Of a stretch of 64,000 nucleotides of DNA, positions 32,696-43,871 are shown in pieces. The notes below the pieces were generated by a model. That model was given only the letters and a program-made list of their open reading frames with translations, made no database searches and was not told the DNA's origin. How positions within the stretch are numbered: the first letter of the stretch is position 1; every line of letters begins with the position of its first letter. A program made the position numbers and the translations under genes. Source of the stretch: an uncultured virus (IMG/VR IMGVR_UViG_3300031994_000070) (Duplodnaviria; Heunggongvirae; Uroviricota; Caudoviricetes); IMG/VR virus record IMGVR_UViG_3300031994_000070. One strand, written 5' to 3'.

Positions 32696-33256
32696 TTAAT
32701 TAAAATGGTCTATCTTAATTTGCCCTATTATTTTTTGGGCATTTTTATCAATGTCTGTAATTAGTGTATTATCTAAAATAATTAATTCATTTGTATCTAA
32801 TTGTGCAAAATCTGCTTTATCAGTATGATAACGTCTAAATATTTCTTCAATATCAGGGTTTGTTTCACGCAAGAGCTGACGCGCCAGTCTTTGATTATCA
32901 CCTTGCACATTTAATAAATATCCTATAACCTGTACGTTATCAATTTTTAATAATTGGTTATATCCACCTGGACTAAATACTCCAACATTAATTTTATCTT
33001 CTGATAAATCATTTTTAGAAATACCATAAAACCAATCGTTAAAAAAATTAGCAGTTAATAATTTTTTATCTTCTACTAAATGATAAAAATCTTGCAGAGT
33101 TAAAAAATGATAAGCTTCATCTGTTTCATTATCTCTGCGAGGCCGAGTGGTTGAAAAAATAATTTTGTTCCACTCTGGCTGCAGTTCGATAATTCTATTT
33201 AATAAAGTATCTTTACCCGACCCAGATGGGCCAAGGATTGCTACTATTTTATACAT
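32696..33256 (-). CDS. gmk: Guanylate kinase-like protein
   Basis: GPSGSGKDT P-loop, TTRPRR.NE, YHF and YG motifs. Confidence 0.8.
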   Translation of the reverse strand: MYKIVAILGPSGSGKDTLLNRIIELQPEWNKIIFSTTRPRRDNETDEAYHFLTLQDFYHLVEDKKLLTANFFNDWFYGISKNDLSEDKINVGVFSPGGYNQLLKIDNVQVIGYLLNVQGDNQRLARQLLRETNPDIEEIFRRYHTDKADFAQLDTNELIILDNTLITDIDKNAQKIIGQIKIDHFN

Positions 33257-33485
33257 CTATTTTATATTCCTTTATAATATATTCTATTTGTATTGATGGG
33301 TCTGTTTTAGCAGTACCAACCATAATTAAACGGTCTCCCTCTTCTTTATAGGTATATTCAAAACTATTATCATTGCCGCGAATCGCCTTAATCGCCTGAT
33401 TCAGCGATGTATAAATTCCATAAATTTTTGGTTCAGCAATTATTCCTGCGCCGGGCAGGCTAAGCACTCCCCACATCTTCCACAT
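33249..33485 (-). CDS. Hypothetical protein
   Basis: 78 aa between dnaE and gmk. Confidence 0.65.
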   Translation of the reverse strand: MWKMWGVLSLPGAGIIAEPKIYGIYTSLNQAIKAIRGNDNSFEYTYKEEGDRLIMVGTAKTDPSIQIEYIIKEYKIDV

Positions 33486-33488
33486 ATA

Positions 33489-36400
33489 TTACACCTCCTG
33501 GTATCTTTCACTTTGAAAATTTAACGTACCATCTCTATTAATCGCAGATACTTTATATAACTGATGACCAGCACTTGTTCCGTATTTTTTCGCTATAAAG
33601 TTATCGTTTGAACGGAAACCTTGTACCATAATAATTGACCCACGATTAAACCAAGATTTTTCAACAACGGATTTTGTTCCATCGTCATTAATAACAGATA
33701 TTTGTTTATCAAATAAACTGAAATATTCTTTTCTAAATTTAACTTCTACAACACCAGTTGTAGTTAATAATGAAACTGTACTACGAACTTTGTCTTTTGC
33801 TATACAAGTTCCACAAATTTTATTTAATTTAAATATGTTTCCCGCATGCCCATTCTTTGTTGTATATGTTCTTTCAACTACTGGATGCTCTGGTAATTTA
33901 AAGAAATCAACAATTCCATATTTATCTGTATTTGTTCCAGCCAATTCGTGGTCATGATAGTAAAAACATAATACTTCCATTTCCCAAGTTGAAATTGTGC
34001 CTGATGCATACCGGTCCCATGTTTCATTAAATATCCTAATATTTAATAAATTTAATAATTTGTCTTTATTTGCATTAATCCAATCTCTAAATACAGTTTT
34101 TGTACCTTCATAATATTTATCCCAAGTTTTTACAGATAAATACATTTCACTATCAACTACATCAACTGAACTATCTAAACCTAACTTAATTAAAAAGTTA
34201 AACGCTCTATCATCTATTTTATATTTATCCTTTGAATATTTGCAAATTGCTTTTAAATATCTATTAAATTCATAAATACTCTTTTCATTTTTTAAACTCT
34301 TCGGTACTAAATCATAATCCATTAATGCCTTTAAATTTTGAAGAGTTAATTTTTTCTTTTTATCACATACATCCCATAAATATTGAGTCATACATTCTTT
34401 ACGGTCTTGTAATTCATCAAATGCGCCACTCTTTATTAATGAAATCATTGCTGATTTTGTTGGCTTAATTTTATCAATAAATTCTTCAACTGTCGCATAT
34501 GGACGATTTGCAATAATTTCTTCAACTAATTCATCGCCAACATTTAACAACGCTTTCATGCCAAACAATATACGATTATGTTCAACATCTGGGATAAAAC
34601 CAAATTGAGAACGATTAATATCAATTAAACTAATTTCGATACCAGCTTTTCTCATTTTTCCAATTGCCGTTGCTAATTTCTTATAATCAGTTGAACCAGA
34701 CGCATCTTCTAATGAACCGCTATCTACGATTAAACAAGCCGTATCCCAATATATTGGATTAAAATTCGTCGCCAAATATAATGTTTGTATTCCTACAAAA
34801 CTATACGCTAATGCATGTATTGTACTAAATGAATATCCCATTTGTGGGCCAACACCGCATTTCCATACATAATGCCCAAGATTCATACTCTTGGCTTGCG
34901 TTAATACTTTATCATGCAATGCTGGAATCTTATCCATTTGTTTTTTACCAACAATTTTCCTCGCTGCATTCGCTTCTGCTAATGTAAAACCACAAATATC
35001 TTTATCCATTAACATTCGCATTAATTGTTCCTGTGAAGGTGGTACCCCATATGATTCCAAGAAATATCTTTCCAGCACTTTCTGTTCAGCCTTTGTTAAT
35101 CCAGCCTTATCCATTTCTTGATACCACAGATTAATATTGTTTTTAAACCTAACATATTTATCTAATGGAGATTCTTCACCTTTTTCTGCGGTCATTAATC
35201 GAATTAATCCATTTGTGTCCGCCATTTCTGTTGGAGTTTTCGGTTTAACTTTTTTTGCTCCTTGTGTTCCAACAGCCGAATCAAACTGGAAACAGTCAAT
35301 AACATTACCATTTGCCAACGCATTCCAAATTCTTGGGTCTTCGATTGGTAAAACTTCGGGGTGCAAATATTTATCATAAATCTGCCTTAATGTTAAATCT
35401 TTTTCAATTAAACCATTATCTTGTAATAATTTAATTGTTTGAATAATAATATCTTGAACCGAAGTTAACAAGAAATCATATTTAACATTACCAGCGGCCT
35501 CTTCTTTATGTAAATCCCACTGAGTTACTAATGCGCCACTTGGAGTCCTCATAATTGCCGAATGGTCAAATATATCTTCACCATATAATATAACACCAGA
35601 CGCATGACTTCCACGACGAGTTATTAATCCTTCAATTCCTTGAATAATATCTAATAACCCTGGATAGTTATTCAACTCATAAATAAATGCTGATATTGGG
35701 GTACGGCCCTTTTCAGGATTGCCTTGAATCATATCTTTAATTGACCAACTGAAACCACGTTCAACCGGAACTAATGAAGATAAATATTGCGCCTCATCAA
35801 TATCAATTCCATTGGGGCAATCTTTACTTCTATATCCTCGGCATGCTGTTAATATGGCCGCCTTTGATGTTTCCGTTCCAAAAGTTGCAACCTGAACAAT
35901 TCCTAATTCTCCACGTTCTTTACGAATCGCTTCAAAGATTGCTGGTAGTTTACTTGGCGCCAAATCCAAATCAATATCTCCCAATTCAACACGTTCATCA
36001 TTTAAATAACGCCACCACGGAAGATTCCATTTAATTGGGTCAAGTTGTGTAATTCCTAATAAATAATGATTTAAACCTGAACAAGCTGAACCACGGCCCG
36101 CTCCAACTGTACTTCCACACTCCCAAAATAAATCAATATAATGTTGCAATGTATTCGGATATGCGAACATACAAGTTTGAAGTTTTTCGCCTATGATTCT
36201 TTTAACTCTGGCCTCTTCTTCTAATCGGTCAATATATTCATCTTTTAAACCGATACCTTTGTTAATTAATGCTTCAATACATTGATTAATCCAATATCTT
36301 TCTTGAACATTATCACTATTAAATAAACTATTTAATACTGTCCAACGACCTCTGTTAAACTCACCCTGAAGCCCATCCCATCGATTACCCTTTGGATACT

Positions 36401-37347
36401 TTTTAACATCGACCTCTGGAATACTTTGATGATGTTCCAAACTATAAAACTCAATCTTCTGACGAATTTCTTCAAGATTATTCACCATTTGATTAATGGT
36501 TTCATCGTCATAAACCAGTTTTAAAAAGTCATAAACCTCTTCGGGCTTCATCATATATGAAAATTCATAGAATGAATCAACTTCTCGCTCGCCATCTTTA
36601 GAATTTAAAAATGCTTTATGAATCGACCTATCTTCTTTGTTTAAATAATGGCTATCTGTTGCAAAAACCATCTTTAATCCATAAGCCTGTGCAATTCTTA
36701 AAATCTTTTTATTAACAATTAACTGGTCTTCATTATCTGCTGGCGCTACCTCTAAATAAAAATCTTCTCCAAAAACTTCTTTTGTGAAATCTAAAAATCG
36801 AAGAATATTATTATAATACACCGCCGCCGCATTATTATCTCCAGCCATCTGCGCTTTCGACATTAATAATGCATTACTCGATAATTCACCACCAATACAT
36901 GCCGTTGTTCCAATTACATGGCCGGGATACTTTGACAACACTTCTTTTAATTCAGACTTTAAAGTTGGAACTCGTTCCAATCCTCGGTCTGAATACATAT
37001 TATACCAAGCCTTTGAACTTAATTCTTTTAACGCTCTAAAACCTATCTCATCTTTTGCAATTAAAATGAAATGATAATACTGTTGCCCTGATTCTCTTGT
37101 ATCTGTTAAATAAATTTCATTACCTAACCCAATAGTGAAGTCTGGATTTGTTTCTCTCAATTTTTTCGCATATTGATTAACCTCCATGGCCGCACTTAAA
37201 CTTTCATGGTCAGTAATAACTAAGCCGCTTAACCCTAATTTTACCGCATGATTAATTAAATCGATAGGTTTATTAATACTATCAATTAAACGTAAATTAG
37301 ATTTAAGAATAATGAGTATGATTATGTATGCTATAATAACTACTCAT
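33489..37347 (-). CDS. dnaE: DNA polymerase III alpha subunit (family C), interrupted by a 7-nt stop-containing insert after codon 14
   Basis: GAGRGSA, DIDLD, HASGV and GYSFS..HA motifs. The PHP N-terminus HNHTHYS (ATG 37347) is out of frame with SNLRLIDS..ITDHE, which runs into the track ORF starting at 37187. Confidence 0.9.
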
Positions 37348-37392
37348 TGTCAACGGCATCACCCCCATTTTTTTATTTTATTCCTTATTATT

Positions 37393-37421
37393 ATTATATC
37401 ATAATTATATAAAAAAAACAA
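37393..37421 (-). promoter_or_regulatory. SigA-type promoter upstream of dnaE
   Basis: TTGTTT-17-TATAAT with an extended -10 TG. Confidence 0.55.
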
Positions 37422-37444
37422 CAGAGAGTATCATTTTACCTCTG

Positions 37445-38617
37445 TTATTTTTGTCTTACTACTACAAGTTTTGATTTTGCTCGCGTGATAGCGGTATATA
37501 GCCATCGCATATGTTCTTCTTCGACATAAGGGAAATTTTCTTCAAAGACTAATACCTTATTATATTCGCTACCTTGACTTTTATGGGCCGTAATGGCATA
37601 CCCATAATCAAATTCACGAGGTCTTGCTTCTCCTCTAAATTTCCTCCAATTAGTTTCATTAATTGTTGGCACGCCAGTGGTTAATAAATTATAATCAACC
37701 AAAACATCATTGTAATAGGGGTCACCAAGAGGACAATCAATATCAAATCCTTCGGGGAGTATATCCAATTTCATCGCGGGATGCAGCTTACGTGTTTCAA
37801 ATTTACGAATGAAACTGATTGTTCCCGTCATTCCGTTCACTAAAGCGTCCCCAATATGGTTAATATCTTCCCAATAATTATTTAAGCAAATTATTTTATC
37901 GCCTTCTAATGGCTCTAAATCTTCAACGTCATAGAGTAATTTCCTTACGTCTTGATTAATCTGCCGACGAGTTGCATTTTTTGCACAAATAATCTGGTCT
38001 GCCCAAGTAAACATTCCTGGTATTACTTCTTCGGGGTCGATAATTTGAATTTGTTCACCTTTATATAATTCTAATGGCTTGTTCTGACGCACATCCATTG
38101 ATAACCTAATAATTTCATTATCCTGAGCTTGACGAACAATTTCAGACAAGAAACAATCGGGGTGGTCTAACATGCCGTTGTCCTGTGCTTTTACTGGCGG
38201 CAATTGGCCTGGGTCGCCAAAAGCAATAACTGGAATGTGGTGTGATAATAATAATTCCCAAATATCTTTCGGCAACATAGAAACCTCATCAACGATAATA
38301 AGTTTATATGAGCCGATATATTTTTTAGGAATGTGTTTAAAACTTCCATTAGCTTGCGGTACCGACCTATATAATAATCGATGGGCGGTCTGTGCATTAT
38401 AGCAACCTTTGTTCGCCATAACTAAAGCCGCTTTACCAGTAAACGCGATATAAGCGACTTCGGTCTGTGGGTTTAACCCAAGAGCATCAACTACTATTGG
38501 AATAAGTGTACTTTTTCCACTTCCCGCATAGCCAACAATAATAGTATAAGGGTCTTTGTGCTGATATTTTGTTTTACAAATTTTAATTGCTTCTTCTTGT
38601 GAGTTTGTTAAAATCAT
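37445..38617 (-). CDS. RecD/Dda-like superfamily 1B helicase
   Basis: GYAGSGKS, AFTGKAA, IVDEVSM, GDPGQLPPV, YAITAHKSQGSE and YTAITRA motifs. Confidence 0.9.
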   Translation of the reverse strand: MILTNSQEEAIKICKTKYQHKDPYTIIVGYAGSGKSTLIPIVVDALGLNPQTEVAYIAFTGKAALVMANKGCYNAQTAHRLLYRSVPQANGSFKHIPKKYIGSYKLIIVDEVSMLPKDIWELLLSHHIPVIAFGDPGQLPPVKAQDNGMLDHPDCFLSEIVRQAQDNEIIRLSMDVRQNKPLELYKGEQIQIIDPEEVIPGMFTWADQIICAKNATRRQINQDVRKLLYDVEDLEPLEGDKIICLNNYWEDINHIGDALVNGMTGTISFIRKFETRKLHPAMKLDILPEGFDIDCPLGDPYYNDVLVDYNLLTTGVPTINETNWRKFRGEARPREFDYGYAITAHKSQGSEYNKVLVFEENFPYVEEEHMRWLYTAITRAKSKLVVVRQK

Positions 38618-38639
38618 AATTAATTATATTATATTTTTT

Positions 38640-40364
38640 TTAAAAATCCCAATATTTACTTTCGTATATGTTGTAATCAACTATATCAATTCGCAATGCG
38701 TCGCCAAATCCGACACTGCGTTTACAATAACCAACTATATCCATATATTTGCGTTTGCCTTTTGGCTGAACATTTATCCATTCATCTTCGCCAAAAAATG
38801 TTTTCATACCATTAATTTCATTAGTTAAAGTTACTTGGAATGTTTTTTTAGGCGAATAGCTCATAGTATCTGTGGTTAATGGAATATTTTGAATAGCTAT
38901 AAGCGGTTCTTCTATACCTGTTCCCCATAAAGACCCGGCATCGGCTAATGATGCTATATCACCTTCGTCGATTTGAGTAACATCATATATCTTATCAACC
39001 AAATAACATTTTTCAAAATTATAACCTTTTAATTTTTCGTTGGTATATTCAACAAATTTATTTAAGTTCTTATCTGGAATGCTAATACCGGCCGCATTGT
39101 CATGTCCATGGCACCAATCGATTAACCCAGAATCTAATGCAAATTTTTGAAAATCTGCAATAGGGTATCCTGAGTTACGCATTGACCCCGCCCAATGTAA
39201 GCCGTCTTCTTCATTGACAGGGGATAAGATTAATGCAGGACGGTCATATTTGCTCATTAGTACTGTCGCTACTAACCCAGATAAATTTTTAGTGTCATCA
39301 TTTGACTTTTGGTTTTTTATTAGTATAATTTTGTTGTCCAACAAACCTTCTTGTGCAATGATATTTTCAAGTTCATCTGCCCAAGCTTTTTTGGCTCTAT
39401 CTTGCGCTGCTTTTACGTTTTTACATATGCGCGCAGCTTCAATATATCTTTTTTCTAATTTACCTTTTGCACCTCGTTTACTTGAGGGAATCTGTTCGCT
39501 GGCTTTAGAATCTAATAATGCTTCAAATACTAATAATCTTTCTTCTTCAGACCCAAAACGAGTGATAGAATTAATTAATGGGGCAAAACTCCAAGCTAGT
39601 GTATGCGCATTTAAAACTCCGTTATTTCTATAATTATCCATTTCAAATAAGTAGTTTAAAAACTTATTATTAATGGTCATTTTATTTAATAGTCTACGGG
39701 TTTCAAAATTTGTAATAGGCATAACGTCAGCTATCATTCCCAATAGAGCCAAATCTAAAAATGAATCAGCATATTCTACATTTAATAATTTATCTAAGCA
39801 GCAACAGAATTTATAAACCATTGTGGCGCCAGATAAATCTTTGTTTTCATAATCGCATAATTTATTATTTATAACGCAAGCATATTCAGAATACTTTTGA
39901 GCATTATGATGGTCGATAATTAATACATCGATGCCTCTGTCATGGAGTTCCTGATGCTGAATATATTCTTCTGAACTTGCGTCAGGAATAACTACAAGTC
40001 TAATATCATCTGGCACAGTGCTGGGAATAATTCCGTGGTGTTTATTATTATGTACTCGGTATATAATATTATTTTGAGCATAATCTTCATCTACCTTGTT
40101 TATATAATTAATGAAAATCGAAGCACTGGTATAGCCGTCACAATCGGCATCTGCCTGCACAAAGATTTTATCTCCGTTTTTCCAATGTTTTAATAATAAC
40201 TGCGCTCCCTCTTCCATATGTTCGATAGAAGCTGGGTCAAAAACATCATCATCATTTGTGTGTAAGTAATGATGAATATCATTTAATTGAAAACCTCGGT
40301 TTAATAATACCTGAATGAGCGCAGAATTATTATGTTGTGTATTTTGTATTAATTCAAACTTCAT
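38640..40364 (-). CDS. recJ: RecJ-like DHH ssDNA exonuclease
   Basis: DADCDG, IIDHH, LGMIADVM, GSMR and GHDNAAG motifs. Confidence 0.88.
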   Translation of the reverse strand: MKFELIQNTQHNNSALIQVLLNRGFQLNDIHHYLHTNDDDVFDPASIEHMEEGAQLLLKHWKNGDKIFVQADADCDGYTSASIFINYINKVDEDYAQNNIIYRVHNNKHHGIIPSTVPDDIRLVVIPDASSEEYIQHQELHDRGIDVLIIDHHNAQKYSEYACVINNKLCDYENKDLSGATMVYKFCCCLDKLLNVEYADSFLDLALLGMIADVMPITNFETRRLLNKMTINNKFLNYLFEMDNYRNNGVLNAHTLAWSFAPLINSITRFGSEEERLLVFEALLDSKASEQIPSSKRGAKGKLEKRYIEAARICKNVKAAQDRAKKAWADELENIIAQEGLLDNKIILIKNQKSNDDTKNLSGLVATVLMSKYDRPALILSPVNEEDGLHWAGSMRNSGYPIADFQKFALDSGLIDWCHGHDNAAGISIPDKNLNKFVEYTNEKLKGYNFEKCYLVDKIYDVTQIDEGDIASLADAGSLWGTGIEEPLIAIQNIPLTTDTMSYSPKKTFQVTLTNEINGMKTFFGEDEWINVQPKGKRKYMDIVGYCKRSVGFGDALRIDIVDYNIYESKYWDF

Positions 40365-41461
40365 TATAAAAAAATTCTTTCATTAAATAATTTCATAAAG
40401 ACTTCTTGCCCATTGTCTGTGGGACTGTCTTTATAATTTGTAATCATCTTTTTATCAAAGATAAAACTTATTGTCGTAAAATTTTTGTATTTATTATAAA
40501 TTCTACGCAAATTTTGAACTAAATGCGAATGTTCCGAATCACCTAACTGTTGAAACTGGCGGTCAAAACCTATAATAACTTCATTTACTCCAAGATTTAA
40601 TAATATTTGCATTTGGTATGCCGATATACTGCTACCACAACAGGCCGTTGATATATCTAAATCAGGCCCAAAATAACCACGATATTGTAAACAACTTTTT
40701 TCTGACTCAAAAATAATCGCTTTTTTAAAAGATGCAATATTATTTTTACTATGATTTATATTGTATAAATTCATTCCAAGAGGGTGGGTATACAATATAT
40801 TGTTGATACGTAAAGGACGGTATTTACCATACAACTCTGCCTCAGTTTTGCACAATGTCCTACCACGCAAACCTATAAACCTATTATCTATATCAAAATG
40901 TGGTATAGTAATTTGGTCTCCTCCGGGGTAGAACCCGATGCGCGCGTCATTAATTACGTCTTGCGTGATATGGTCATTTAACCAAGGGGTGAGTTTAAGG
41001 TTGTAATTAAAACGATTCAAGATTTCATTATCATACTCTTTTAATGATACCGTTAAATCTTTATTTTCTAAAGATTGTATACGATTATAGTTATCTAATA
41101 TATTCCAATCTTCATCGTTTGTCGTAGTGTCATTATCAATTTGAGAAGTAATTCCAAATTTATAAGCGACATATTTAACGGCATCATTAAGGTCAAATTG
41201 TTTATGCATTTGAATATCAGCTACTTTAATAACTAAATCAAATACATCAAAGCTATCATTACATCCCGTGAAACAATGAAACATTTGACTGTTGGTATAA
41301 TAATAAAGTTTATAACTACCTTCACCTTTTGGGTTATGACAAATTGTGCGGGAGAGAATCCCAAAATTTGTATATCTTGGGTCTCCCCCGAACTCATCTA
41401 ACAATTCAAATACGTCTTCAATTGTAACTTGTTCCTTAATATCGTTTTTATCTAATCCCAT
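40364..41461 (-). CDS. dnaG: DNA primase (zinc finger plus TOPRIM)
   Basis: CHN..CFTGC zinc finger, IPHFD..GLRGR, IFESEKS and GFD motifs. Confidence 0.8.
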   Translation of the reverse strand: MGLDKNDIKEQVTIEDVFELLDEFGGDPRYTNFGILSRTICHNPKGEGSYKLYYYTNSQMFHCFTGCNDSFDVFDLVIKVADIQMHKQFDLNDAVKYVAYKFGITSQIDNDTTTNDEDWNILDNYNRIQSLENKDLTVSLKEYDNEILNRFNYNLKLTPWLNDHITQDVINDARIGFYPGGDQITIPHFDIDNRFIGLRGRTLCKTEAELYGKYRPLRINNILYTHPLGMNLYNINHSKNNIASFKKAIIFESEKSCLQYRGYFGPDLDISTACCGSSISAYQMQILLNLGVNEVIIGFDRQFQQLGDSEHSHLVQNLRRIYNKYKNFTTISFIFDKKMITNYKDSPTDNGQEVFMKLFNERIFL

Positions 41462-41730
41462 TATTTATTAATAGTTGCGTTTGTCGATTCTGCGGTTTTA
41501 GTATATGTAAAAGGCACGGGTTCATCATTACAAGTAATAGTATATTTTGTAAAATCTATATCTTTACTATTACTACCAGTAGTTGTGTAATAATATGGAT
41601 AATATGAGTGTGATGCTCTACCATCTTTATATCCATCCATATAAGCATCTTCGAGCATTTTTTCTAACTTGTCTTTTTCGATGAGGAATCTATTCTCATC
41701 ATATTTTTCAGCAATAACTACTTTATACAT
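41461..41730 (-). CDS. Hypothetical protein
   Basis: 89 aa between helicase and primase. Confidence 0.7.
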   Translation of the reverse strand: MYKVVIAEKYDENRFLIEKDKLEKMLEDAYMDGYKDGRASHSYYPYYYTTTGSNSKDIDFTKYTITCNDEPVPFTYTKTAESTNATINK

Positions 41731-43260
41731 TTAAAACGCTCCTTTGTCAATTTCAATTTGCAAATCTTCAATTTGCACCATTTCATAGGTATAAGTTGTG
41801 GCAAAAATAGGATTAACTCTACACGTACCTAGGTCTGCTTTACACCAAAGATAAATGCCTTTATATTTGCCTCGGCGGTTTTTATAAATTGACATTTTCA
41901 TATTTGGAGTTAAATTTTCAGACGAGTTACTTAATATACGGCTTAATCCCTCCATATCAGTTGAGGTTGCGGGCAACATAATTGCGCCCCAGTCTATTTT
42001 ATCTGCTATAGCTTTTGCTCCTCGCAACAGGTTTTGGTCTGGCGTTTCTGAATCTTGATATTGCCCATTCAACTGAGTTGACGATAAAATAAATACGTTA
42101 TATTTTGTTGCAATATCTTTTAACTTTACTGATAACATAAATAAAATATTATCTTCACGCAGATTCATACCCCTTGTACGGGTTGCAACTTCTTCTAAGA
42201 TTTTTAAACTTGAATGAATGTAATCATAGAATACATAAGCTACATCATGGTCACGGATATTTTTCTTGATAGTATCAGTAATATCTTCTAACGAGAAGTC
42301 TGGTAATACTTCAATATAAATCGGTGACCGTTTTAATACTTCTGCGGCATGGCGCACTCGCTGTTCCTCATCACCAGTATATTTACCATTTAAAATATGG
42401 TCTTCGTTTACACTGGCTAAAAAAGCCAACATCATGGTTTGAAGTTCGCTCTTATCTTGCTCTGTAGAAATATACAAACAAGGTTGCGCCACACCATTTG
42501 TACGCCATCCTAATAAATCATCATAAATTTCGTCACAACCAATATTACAAAAGTCTGCAATCATTGTACGAGATTTACCAACACCAGTAGGAGCTGAACG
42601 CAAATAAAACTTTCCAAGTCGAGCGCCACGTGTAACGGCATTTATTAAACTACCATACATCGGAACTCCAACCTCTGGATATTGTTTTAATTGTTCAATC
42701 AAATCATCAATATCATCACCGGCCTGAAGAGCTTCACCGCCCATATCATTAACATAAGTTGCTCTAATATTAGAAATCATTAAATCAACTTTATTTGCCA
42801 GTTCTTCTAAAGATGAATTATCTAAATTCTCCTCTTGGGTTTGTTTTTTCTTGGCGTCAAAAATATTGTCTGGGTCATAAATAAATTTAATATCAATACC
42901 AAATTTATCATAGGCCCGAAGCAATGAAAACTTTTTCATTCGATTATAATAATAATCAAATGTTAATGGATTCGCTGCCGCTGACACTTGTGTTAACCAT
43001 TCTTCACCTTTTTCTTGCTTATACACCGCCTCGCTTTTTGGACGTGAGCTTAAAAAATCTGCGATGGTTTCAAGGTTAACTTTATTTGCCCCTAATTCAT
43101 GTAACCTATATATCGACCCAAAAACTATTTTATGAAAGTCATTGTCAAAATCATCTTCATTAATATGATATTTATCGGTTAAATCTAAAAGAGATAAATC
43201 GTTATAAACGCAACCAATAACTTGCATCACCGCTGCTGTATCATTATATTTAGATGCCAC
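41731..43260 (-). CDS. dnaB: Replicative DnaB-like helicase
   Basis: SAPTGVGKS, ISTEQ, FYDYI, TQLN, RGAKAIADKID and KNRRG motifs. Confidence 0.88.
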   Translation of the reverse strand: MASKYNDTAAVMQVIGCVYNDLSLLDLTDKYHINEDDFDNDFHKIVFGSIYRLHELGANKVNLETIADFLSSRPKSEAVYKQEKGEEWLTQVSAAANPLTFDYYYNRMKKFSLLRAYDKFGIDIKFIYDPDNIFDAKKKQTQEENLDNSSLEELANKVDLMISNIRATYVNDMGGEALQAGDDIDDLIEQLKQYPEVGVPMYGSLINAVTRGARLGKFYLRSAPTGVGKSRTMIADFCNIGCDEIYDDLLGWRTNGVAQPCLYISTEQDKSELQTMMLAFLASVNEDHILNGKYTGDEEQRVRHAAEVLKRSPIYIEVLPDFSLEDITDTIKKNIRDHDVAYVFYDYIHSSLKILEEVATRTRGMNLREDNILFMLSVKLKDIATKYNVFILSSTQLNGQYQDSETPDQNLLRGAKAIADKIDWGAIMLPATSTDMEGLSRILSNSSENLTPNMKMSIYKNRRGKYKGIYLWCKADLGTCRVNPIFATTYTYEMVQIEDLQIEIDKGAF

Positions 43261-43786
43261 GATTTTCCTCCTCTATTTCTTCATCTAAAAACTTAAACTT
43301 CTGACTTACAAATGGTTTTGGGACCGGCACAGGTATTGTAACTTTTACAACTTCTGGGGTGTAATCTTTTAACATTACTTCTCCCGGTCGTTGTTGCGAG
43401 TTAACCCATAATTGGTAATAATAATTATAGGCGTCTTTAAAAACATAAGGGACAATTCCTATCCCTTTTGCTCTGCCTATATCATACCCTTTAACTTCAT
43501 ACGCATATCTTAAACAACGCTCTATTTGTTGATATGTGTAATTCAAGTTCTCTCGATAATTTTTAATTTGTGTTAATACTAATGGAACATTATAACTTAC
43601 ACCGAATAATTCTTCGATATAATGCATTAAAGATGTTCTTTGTTTTTCATCTAATGTTTTTTGTTCTAACGCATTATTATAACAAGTTTTATGTGCATAT
43701 CGAGCGCCAATTTTGACATATTCAGTTGTATCCCTGTCAAAATGTTCCTTACAATAGGGGCATTTCACAAGTGCTTGTTTACCCAT
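43250..43786 (-). CDS. Zinc-finger protein, possible helicase loader
   Basis: CPYC..HKTC motif; directly upstream of dnaB. Confidence 0.5.
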   Translation of the reverse strand: MGKQALVKCPYCKEHFDRDTTEYVKIGARYAHKTCYNNALEQKTLDEKQRTSLMHYIEELFGVSYNVPLVLTQIKNYRENLNYTYQQIERCLRYAYEVKGYDIGRAKGIGIVPYVFKDAYNYYYQLWVNSQQRPGEVMLKDYTPEVVKVTIPVPVPKPFVSQKFKFLDEEIEEENRGI

Positions 43787-43803
43787 ATTTTCACCTCTAT
43801 ATA

Positions 43804-43858
43804 ATTATACGAAAAAAATATAAAAAAAACAACCTCAGGGTGCTTTAACCCTGAGGTT
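43804..43858 (-). promoter_or_regulatory. Terminator hairpin overlapping a SigA-type promoter
   Basis: AACCTCAGGG/CCCTGAGGTT hairpin at 43831-43858; TTGTTT (43832-43827)-17-TATAAT (43809-43804). Confidence 0.55.
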
Positions 43859-43871
43859 TGAATCTTACTTC

